Positions 34,992-41,952 of a DNA stretch of 64,000 nucleotides are shown piece by piece. The DNA lies in sequence record PV231353.1. One strand, written 5' to 3'. A model generated the notes under the pieces. It worked only from the letters and a program-made list of their open reading frames with translations, searched no databases and was not told the DNA's origin. The translations under genes and the position numbers were made by a program. How positions within the stretch are numbered: position 1 is the first letter of the stretch; the number at the start of each line of letters is the position of its first letter.

Positions 34992-35201
34992 ATGGCCGAC
35001 GGAACGGCTCGCGTTACACAGGAGACGGTGGAGGTCATCTCCACCGGCCCCAAGCCCGTTCGCCTCACCCAGGAGACGGTGGAGATCATCTCGACCTCCA
35101 AGCGCCCCGCCCGTTTGACCCAGGTCACCTTGGAGGTGATCCGATCGGTCGGGGTCGCGGCGGAGCGCCCGCGTCGCCTCATCTTCATGCTCGGAGCCTG
35201 A
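34992..35201 (+). CDS. Small protein with three 18-aa repeats (RxTQETVEVIS)
   Basis: 69 aa, abutting both neighbours. Confidence 0.75.
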   Translation: MADGTARVTQETVEVISTGPKPVRLTQETVEIISTSKRPARLTQVTLEVIRSVGVAAERPRRLIFMLGA

Positions 35202-35202
35202 C

Positions 35203-36291
35203 ATGGCCTATATTTTCGTCGACGGCTGCGACAGCGGTAGCAACGCCAATAACACCGTGATGGCTCAGAAGTGGAGTTGGGCCGTCACCAACACGAGCTA
35301 CCTTAACTGGGGCGGTACGGGACGCTTCGGCGGTCAGGCCTACTATGGCGGAGCCACCACGCTCAACATCTATGGCGCCGGGAAAGCCTTCCCGCTTACC
35401 GGGACGGCGGTCGGCACCGATGAGTTCTTCATGGGGTGCAGCCTCTACGCGGCCGGCACGACGAGCGGGGGCTACATCATGGCGTTCCAGAACTCGACTC
35501 CGGTGCTCGATGGGTCGGTCACCTTCAGCACGGGGTCGGCGCCCACCCAATTGTCGATCCGCCTGACCGGTTCGATGACTCTGGCGATCTATCGGGGCGC
35601 GACGCTCCTGGCGACGGGCACCACGGTCCTGACGGCGGGCCAATGGTATCGCATCGAGGCGCGGATCGTGATCTCCAACACCGGGGTGTTCGATATTCGC
35701 CTGAACGGCAATCCCGAGATCACTTTCTCAGGCGACACTTACGATACGGGCGACCAGGGCGTGCGGCAGTTCTGCATCGTTCCGACCGCCAATACCTCCG
35801 CGTCGCTACGTTTTGACGACATCGTGCTCTACAACAGCGCGGCGGTCGAGGGCGAGCCGACGACGTGGCTGGGCGACCTACGGATCGACACCCTGCGGCC
35901 GACCGCCAACGGCGACGTCGTCAACTCCACGCCGCTCTCGGGCGCGGCCTATGCGGCGGTCGACGAGGTGGCCTCCGACGGCGACACCACCTATACCGAG
36001 TCGACCAACATCGGCGACAAGGACCTCTACCAGCTTAGCGACCTGACCGAAACGCCGCAGACGATCCATGCCGTGGTCGTCACCGCGATGGCCAAGTCGA
36101 CGGGCACGACCAACCGGGCGATCAAGCTCAAGGTCAAGTCGAGCGTCGAGGGCGACAGCGCCGCCAAGACCGTGCCGCTGAGCGCCTATGGCGGCCTTCA
36201 AGCGACGTTCTCGCGCGATCCGGCGACGGCGGCGGCCTGGACCGCGACCGCCGTCAACGGCATGCAGGCGGGCTGGCAGGTCGATACCTGA
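35203..36291 (+). CDS. Putative tail-associated lectin-like structural protein
   Basis: 362 aa, beta-rich, GQWYRIE.R motif, DDI..Y motif. Confidence 0.8.
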   Translation: MAYIFVDGCDSGSNANNTVMAQKWSWAVTNTSYLNWGGTGRFGGQAYYGGATTLNIYGAGKAFPLTGTAVGTDEFFMGCSLYAAGTTSGGYIMAFQNSTPVLDGSVTFSTGSAPTQLSIRLTGSMTLAIYRGATLLATGTTVLTAGQWYRIEARIVISNTGVFDIRLNGNPEITFSGDTYDTGDQGVRQFCIVPTANTSASLRFDDIVLYNSAAVEGEPTTWLGDLRIDTLRPTANGDVVNSTPLSGAAYAAVDEVASDGDTTYTESTNIGDKDLYQLSDLTETPQTIHAVVVTAMAKSTGTTNRAIKLKVKSSVEGDSAAKTVPLSAYGGLQATFSRDPATAAAWTATAVNGMQAGWQVDT

Positions 36292-36296
36292 CGAAT

Positions 36297-36311
36297 GTCG
36301 TGAATCTTGAC
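36297..36311 (+). promoter_or_regulatory. GTCGTGAATCTTGAC motif, lysis cassette promoter
   Basis: Perfect copy. Confidence 0.8.
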
Positions 36312-36370
36312 ATCGGCAGGTTTCCGGACCATAGTCAAGACCTTAATTTTCAGCACTTCCGGAATTCAAC

Positions 36371-37012
36371 ATGCGTGTCTCCGACACCGGCCTGAAGCTG
36401 ATCCAGGCCTGGGAAGGTCTGGGCGACGGGAATCCCGCCACGGTCGACCTGGAGCCTTACATCTGCCCGGCCAAGGTCTGGACGGTCGGCTGGGGGCACG
36501 CCCTGAAGACGCCGACCGGTCAGATCATCGATGTCGACGTCTTCGGCGCCGCCAGGGCCAAGGTCCTGGCGGCCGAATCCATGCAGCGCAAGTTCGGCAA
36601 GGGCGCGATCACCCGTGATCAGGCCGTCGCCCTGCTGCGCGAGGATGTCACGGGCTTCGAGCGCTCGGTCGACAAGATGATCGGCGCGGCCGGCGCCACC
36701 CAGGCCCAGTTCGACGCCCTGGTCTCGTTCGCCTTCAACTGCGGTTCGGCCAACCTCCAGTCCTCGACCCTCCTGCGCCTGCACAACGCCGGCAAGCGCG
36801 CGGTGGGCGACGTGTCGATGTCGGCGCTCTGCAAGGAGAGCAAGCTCTCCACGCCGATCGGCAACATCGCCGTGGCCTTCTCGCGCTGGAACAAGGTCAA
36901 CAAGGTCTGGGCGCTGGGACTGTTCCGCCGCCGGCTGTCCGAGGTCCTGGTCTATGGCGGGCATAATCCCGACGAGGCGGTCAAGGCCGCCCAGGGCTTC
37001 AAGGGCTGCTGA
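36371..37012 (+). CDS. Endolysin (phage lysozyme, GH24-like)
   Basis: LI.AWEG, PY.CPA.VWTVGWGH, TQ.QFDALVSFAFNCG, RW.K...GL.RRR..E motifs. Confidence 0.93.
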   Translation: MRVSDTGLKLIQAWEGLGDGNPATVDLEPYICPAKVWTVGWGHALKTPTGQIIDVDVFGAARAKVLAAESMQRKFGKGAITRDQAVALLREDVTGFERSVDKMIGAAGATQAQFDALVSFAFNCGSANLQSSTLLRLHNAGKRAVGDVSMSALCKESKLSTPIGNIAVAFSRWNKVNKVWALGLFRRRLSEVLVYGGHNPDEAVKAAQGFKGC

Positions 37013-37014
37013 TC

Positions 37015-37503
37015 ATGAGTCTGTTCGGTGTCATCGCCCTGGCCTGGAAGTTCTTCCTCAACCCGGCCGTCATGGGCGTCGTCTTCGCGGCGATCGCCGC
37101 CTTGACGGGATTGTGGCTGCTGGGCGGCCCGGTCCTGTTCTGGAAGGTGGTGCGCGACGCCCGGCTCTGGCTCGTCGTCGCCTGCGCGGCGGTGATCTTC
37201 GGCTACGCCCATCTCCAGACCAAGCTCGAAAAGGCCGAGCAGCGCCTGGAGGAGATCGCCGACCAGAAGCAGGCTCATGACGACGGCCAGGAGGTCGTCA
37301 AGAACAACATCAAAAAGCAGGTCAAGCGCGCCAAGCAGGCGGCCAAGTACCAAGAGGTTATTCACGATGCCCCGACTGGCGAAAAGCTCGACGCGCTCCT
37401 CGACGAGTTCGCGCGTGATCAAGGCGGTGCTGCTCCCGTCCCTGGTGATGCTCAGCCTGACCCTGGCGGCGTGTCAAACCGTCCCGGTCGGATTCTCCCC
37501 TGA
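37015..37503 (+). CDS. Inner-membrane spanin (Rz-like)
   Basis: N-terminal TM segments followed by a coiled coil; follows the endolysin. Confidence 0.8.
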   Translation: MSLFGVIALAWKFFLNPAVMGVVFAAIAALTGLWLLGGPVLFWKVVRDARLWLVVACAAVIFGYAHLQTKLEKAEQRLEEIADQKQAHDDGQEVVKNNIKKQVKRAKQAAKYQEVIHDAPTGEKLDALLDEFARDQGGAAPVPGDAQPDPGGVSNRPGRILP

Positions 37504-37756
37504 CGACCTCTATCCCAAGGAACTGCGGACCTGCGCGCCCGCGCCGCAGGTTCCCCCGCGCCCGGCGCCCGGCGCGCCCCGCCCTGAGGACGTCCAGGCC
37601 GGCTACGTCAAGGATGACCATCTCGCCGGCGCCGACTGCCGCGACAAGGTCGAATCCTGGAACGAGCGGGCTGTCAAGTACGAGGCCCAGTACAAGGCCA
37701 TGAACGCCGGCCCGGTCGGCAAGTTCTTCGGCAAGCTCAAGGGAAAGACGCAGTGA
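37415..37756 (+). CDS. Outer-membrane lipoprotein spanin (Rz1-like), overlapping Rz
   Basis: GTG 37415 gives MIKAVLLPSLVMLSLTLAAC, a lipobox; Pro-rich mature part. Confidence 0.85.
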   Translation: MIKAVLLPSLVMLSLTLAACQTVPVGFSPDDLYPKELRTCAPAPQVPPRPAPGAPRPEDVQAGYVKDDHLAGADCRDKVESWNERAVKYEAQYKAMNAGPVGKFFGKLKGKTQ

Positions 37757-38232
37757 CGCCACCCTGGATCGCCGCGCCGCTGCGGGTCTGCGGCAACTTC
37801 TTTCGCTGGGTCCGCTTGACCCTGGACACGCTCTGCGATCGCCCTGACCACCTCCAGCGCCTGTCGATCATCGGCTCGGGCATGGCGGCCTTCCCGCTGA
37901 TCATCGGGATCATCGCGATCCTGGTGCATTTCGGTCTGCACGGGCCGGACAGCGCCGCCGCCCTGGCGACCATCCCGATCATCGGCAACATGGGCTATGG
38001 CGCCCTGGCGCTCTACGCCCTCTCCCAGGTGGCGCTCCTGGGGATCATCAAGGGCGTGCGTCTTTCCGGTCCCGGCGGCGTCAATGTCGAGATCGAGACC
38101 ACCTCGGGCGATGGCGACGGCCTGTCCGATACCCACACCACGATCGTCGAGCGCGGCCGGCGTCACGGCCGCGATCGCGATTGTGCCCCCAACCCTCAAG
38201 CCGGCTCTGGCGCCGGCGCTATCACGGAGTAG
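37753..38232 (+). CDS. Two-TM membrane protein, holin candidate
   Basis: Two hydrophobic helices; located in the lysis cassette. Confidence 0.65.
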   Translation: MTPPWIAAPLRVCGNFFRWVRLTLDTLCDRPDHLQRLSIIGSGMAAFPLIIGIIAILVHFGLHGPDSAAALATIPIIGNMGYGALALYALSQVALLGIIKGVRLSGPGGVNVEIETTSGDGDGLSDTHTTIVERGRRHGRDRDCAPNPQAGSGAGAITE

Positions 38233-38237
38233 GGACC

Positions 38238-38411
38238 ATGCGCGAAGGCTTCATGCTGGAAGGCTATGGCGGTCTGAAGATCGGTCCGGGCGGCGGGGCT
38301 GGCCCGTACACGACCTTGGGCGACGGCGGCTCGGAAGGCTGCATCCCGGTCAAGGACGACATCTCCGGCGACAGCGGGACCGAGATCATCTCCCCGCTCG
38401 GCTATGGCTAA
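38238..38411 (+). CDS. Gly-rich small hypothetical protein (57 aa)
   Basis: ATG 38238 after GGAG/AGGGA. Confidence 0.6.
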   Translation: MREGFMLEGYGGLKIGPGGGAGPYTTLGDGGSEGCIPVKDDISGDSGTEIISPLGYG

Positions 38412-38432
38412 CCTTGCGACATAACGTCGCAT

Positions 38433-38469
38433 GTCATGATCCTTGACAGAACGACGATCTTCGAGTATG
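38433..38469 (+). promoter_or_regulatory. Motif variant promoter (GTCATGATCCTTGACA)
   Basis: TTGACA-N15-GAGTATG-type -10. Confidence 0.55.
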
Positions 38470-38474
38470 GTCGC

Positions 38475-38769
38475 GGCTCTTCGACGGCATCCCACCGTCA
38501 CCCATGGCTCGCGACCCACCGTTCGCAGGGAGATGCTCGCGACCAAGGCGGTAGCCGGAACGACGCTAGGCTGCAAAGCCAAGCCTCCGGAACACGCAGC
38601 AGCCGGCTGGAACGCTAGGCCGTTACGTCCAAACGGGGCCAGGACCTGTGAGGCGAAAGCCGAAAGGCCCCACCACCCGACAAGGGTTCACGCGTGATGC
38701 GGAAGAGGGACGTCAGTCCTGAAGTGTCTCAGGTGCAGAAGGCCCGCCGGTTTCCCGGCGGGCCTTTTT
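38475..38769 (+). ncRNA. Candidate ~290-nt structured RNA
   Basis: Promoter-to-terminator unit with hairpins and only shadow ORFs. Confidence 0.4.
38739..38769 (+). terminator. Intrinsic terminator at the convergence of the two arms
   Basis: AAGGCCCGCCGG-TTTC-CCGGCGGGCCTT-TTT. Confidence 0.9.
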
Positions 38770-38788
38770 CTGGTCTGGGGACTAGGAC

Positions 38789-39589
38789 TTAGTCGACCGC
38801 TTCCAGGCGCCGGCGCTTGGGCGCGCTCGCCGGCAGGGACGGGGCCAGATCGCCGATCTTGCCGACCACCTTGCCGAGGAACACGATCCGCTTGGGATCA
38901 ACGTCGACATGATCCTTCAGGTCGGCGCTATAGACCCGGAACGCGCCGCCCTTGGAGGGACGGGTGACGTGCGCGACCTGCATGACCTTGTCCAGGCCGT
39001 AGACGAACTCGCCGCCGGCGGTGCTGGGCTCGACATCGCGGCGGACCACCGCCATGTCGCCCGGCTTGAGGCCAGGGGCGAAGTCGTGGATCGGGGCCAG
39101 GGCCAGATCGGTCGGCTCGGCCTCGAAGCGCTCGCGAAGCCAGTCGGGATCGAGGTTCCAGGTCCGGGCGCGCTTGAACTCGCCAAGGCGGCCTTTGAAG
39201 GTCACTTCCTCGACCGGGTTGGGCGCGCCGACCCCGAAGGTGATGTATTCGGGCGTCGTCTTCAGGACGTGGGCGATCTGCTCCAGCACGTCGATGTGCG
39301 GCTTGACGCTGTCGGACTCGTACATGATGTACGCCGTGCGCGCCAGCGGCCGGCGCTCGCCCGCCTGCTTCGGCTCCCAGCCCGGTTTGGTGCTGGAGTC
39401 CTTGCGGGAATTGCTCTGCTGGGTCAGGAAGATCATCTTGGCGACCTGTTCCTGAGTCAGGTCGAGGGCCTTCCGGCAGGCGGTGATCCGCTGCCCGATG
39501 GTCTGAGGATGCGCAAGATCGGCATCCTTGTGGATCAAGGAACGAGCGCGATGGGGCACCATCGGCTTCAGTTCGGCCACGGCTTGCAT
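38789..39589 (-). CDS. XRE-family HTH regulator with S24-like C-terminal domain
   Basis: IGQRI..CR....LTQEQVA, E......P....L..IA..L...PEYI.FG, PGD..VV motifs. Confidence 0.88.
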   Translation of the reverse strand: MQAVAELKPMVPHRARSLIHKDADLAHPQTIGQRITACRKALDLTQEQVAKMIFLTQQSNSRKDSSTKPGWEPKQAGERRPLARTAYIMYESDSVKPHIDVLEQIAHVLKTTPEYITFGVGAPNPVEEVTFKGRLGEFKRARTWNLDPDWLRERFEAEPTDLALAPIHDFAPGLKPGDMAVVRRDVEPSTAGGEFVYGLDKVMQVAHVTRPSKGGAFRVYSADLKDHVDVDPKRIVFLGKVVGKIGDLAPSLPASAPKRRRLEAVD

Positions 39590-39765
39590 TTCGTTCTCCT
39601 CCGTCCGTCGGGAACCGCGTCATTCGGTGTCGGGGTAACACCTGACATTTGCGATGGTTCCACGCCGCAACGTTTCCTTGTCGAAATTGACAAAGAGGGG
39701 ATGTACACCCTCTTTGGCAACACATCAAGGCCAGAGATGAAAAAGTTGTTAACCCGACTTAAGGC

Positions 39766-40248
39766 TCAGGCGCCGGTCGAGCCGAAGCCGCCCGCGCCCC
39801 GTTCGGTGTCGTCCAGGCTATCGACCTCGACGACCGGCACGATCAGGCACTGTTCGAGGATGATCTGGGCGATGCGATCGCCGGGCTTGATCTCCACGGT
39901 CTCCCCGAAGAAGGGCGCGCCGAAGACGTCGGCCTGCTTGCCGTGGTGGGTCAGGATGACCTTGACCTCGCCGGTGTAATCCTCGTCCACCACGCCGGCC
40001 AGGACCCCGATGCCCTTGACGCCCAGGCCCGAGCGCGGGGCGACGCGGGCGTAGGTTCCCTCGGGCGCGGTGATCGAGAGGCCCGTCGACAGCAGGGCGC
40101 GATCGCCGGGGTTCAGGCGCACTGTCGTCTCGCCGTCGTAATAGACGTCCAGGCCGGCGGCCTTGGGCGAGCCCCGCGTCGGGAGCTTGGCGGTCTGGGT
40201 CAGGCGCTTGACCTTCAGGACCGGGCCGTCGTGCTTCACCTTGGTCAA
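39766..40248 (-). CDS. dut: dUTPase (probably longer: 39766..40448 with a 1-nt deletion at 40401-40403)
   Basis: AAGLD, RVAPRSGL, GVVDEDYTGE, GDRIAQ, RGAGGFGSTG motifs. Confidence 0.95.
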   Translation of the reverse strand: MTKVKHDGPVLKVKRLTQTAKLPTRGSPKAAGLDVYYDGETTVRLNPGDRALLSTGLSITAPEGTYARVAPRSGLGVKGIGVLAGVVDEDYTGEVKVILTHHGKQADVFGAPFFGETVEIKPGDRIAQIILEQCLIVPVVEVDSLDDTERGAGGFGSTGA

Positions 40249-40465
40249 ACCCCTCGCCTCCTCCCAGGACAGAAACTGGACGTCGCGCGTGAACCGCCCG
40301 TAGAGAGCGACGTTCTGGTCGACGCCTGAGCGGACGTCCGCCTCGATGCCGGCGCCCCGAAGGGCGTCGGCGAGGGTGTAGGCCTGCTCAGCTTGCGCAG
40401 CCCTTGATAGAAGACGGTAGCTCGGCCGTAAAGGTGGGTCGGGGACATTATTTTCGGGCCTCTGG

Positions 40466-41899
40466 TTAACGGGGGATGTCGAGGTGATCGGCCAGGGCGT
40501 CGGCGCCTCCGATGAAGGCTTCCTCCTCGCCGCCCGCGTCCAGCAGGAAGATCATCGGCGAGGTGTTCCAGGTCGGGTGGCCCCAGTTCTGGCGGACGTC
40601 CTCGAACTTGGCGCGGCGGTCCTCGTCGCTGGGCTGGACGGCATCATAGGGGATGCCCTCACGATCCAGGTAGGCTTTGGCCCGGTCGCAGTGCGGGCAG
40701 TTGGCCTTGGTGTAGACCCGGTATTCCGGCGCGCCGGCCGGCGCGGTGACCGCCACCTCGTCGAGGCGCTTGACCGACCAGTAACGCGGCGTCTCGGGGA
40801 TCGCGCAGACGCCCTCCTCGGCGCAGCCGTCGTCCTCGGGCGGCGGCGTCCAGACCGGACGCTGAAGGAAGCTGAACGCGCGCTCCCAGCCGGGGATTTC
40901 GCCCTTGCCGTACTCCGTCGAGCGCTGCTCGAAGAAGTTGGTGTGGGTCGGGGCGTTCATGATCCAGTCGAGCCAGTCGAACGGATTGTCCTTGACGCCG
41001 TAGTTGGGCTTCAGGCCCAGTTGCAGCAGCCGGCGGTCGGCGATGTAGCGGATGTACTGCTTGGTGTCCTCGGGCGTGACGCCCTCGATCTGGAGCTTGC
41101 GGAACTTGCCCGAGCGGCGCTCGGCGCGGTTCTTCGCCGCCGGCTTGGCCTCGGCCATGTCCGGGGCGATCGCGAAGGCCTGATCGATGAACGCATCTTC
41201 GAGGTCGACCATGGCGCGGCAGGCGTCGTAGATGCGCTTCTTGGTCTCGTCGTTCCAGGCGCGCGGGTGCTCCTTGATCAACTCGTGCAGGAGCTTGATC
41301 ATCGACTCCACGTGGTGGCTCTCGTCGCGGATCGACCACTCGACGATCGTGGTCATGCCCTTCATGCGGTTGCGGCGCTGGAAGGACATCAGCAGGGCGA
41401 AGGACGAGAAAAGCTGCATCCCCTCCCCGAAGGCCGAGAACACGGCGATCTCGACCATCAGGTCGGCGATCGAGTTGCCGCTGTCCCGATTGAACATGTA
41501 CTCGTGCTTCTCGCGCATCGCCTCGTAGTCGAGGAAGGCGCGGAACTCGACCTCGGGCAGGCCCAGGGTGTCGATCAGCGTCGAGTAGGCGTCGATATGG
41601 TTGGCCTCGGCGGCGATGAACGCGCCCAGCATCATCCGCACTTCCGGGTGCGGGAAGCGCGGGCCGTACTTCTCGAAGTAGCCGCGCGCCACGTCGACGT
41701 CGGCCTGGGTGAAGAACCGGAAGAGTTGCGTCAGCAGGGACTTCTCGTCCGGCGTCAGCTTCTCGTTCCAGTCCTGGATGTCCTGGTCCATGGGGGCTTC
41801 GTGCGGAAGCCAGTGCATGGCCTGCATGGTCTTGTAGGCCTCGTAGGCCCAGGGGTAGACGAACGGCTTGTAATAGTCGCGGGATTTGAGCAGGGACAT
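40466..41899 (-). CDS. nrdB: Ribonucleotide reductase class Ia beta subunit fused to a C-terminal glutaredoxin
   Basis: FFTQADVDV, EA.H..AY, EG..LFSSF, RDE..H, NFFE motifs; C-terminal YTK.NCPHC..AK.YL. Confidence 0.95.
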   Translation of the reverse strand: MSLLKSRDYYKPFVYPWAYEAYKTMQAMHWLPHEAPMDQDIQDWNEKLTPDEKSLLTQLFRFFTQADVDVARGYFEKYGPRFPHPEVRMMLGAFIAAEANHIDAYSTLIDTLGLPEVEFRAFLDYEAMREKHEYMFNRDSGNSIADLMVEIAVFSAFGEGMQLFSSFALLMSFQRRNRMKGMTTIVEWSIRDESHHVESMIKLLHELIKEHPRAWNDETKKRIYDACRAMVDLEDAFIDQAFAIAPDMAEAKPAAKNRAERRSGKFRKLQIEGVTPEDTKQYIRYIADRRLLQLGLKPNYGVKDNPFDWLDWIMNAPTHTNFFEQRSTEYGKGEIPGWERAFSFLQRPVWTPPPEDDGCAEEGVCAIPETPRYWSVKRLDEVAVTAPAGAPEYRVYTKANCPHCDRAKAYLDREGIPYDAVQPSDEDRRAKFEDVRQNWGHPTWNTSPMIFLLDAGGEEEAFIGGADALADHLDIPR

Positions 41900-41952
41900 G
41901 AAGGGGTCTCAGGAAAAGGAGGGAAGGGGAGGATGAAGGGGCCGCCGGCCCC

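Noticed and set aside
38475-38740. Glycine riboswitch
   Set aside because: Only fragments (CCGAAAGG, TCTCAGG) match; the full core is absent and no downstream gene lies on the same strand.
39749-39762. CtrA box upstream of the XRE gene
   Set aside because: Spacing is TTAA-N6-TTAA rather than the canonical N7; at most a half-site.
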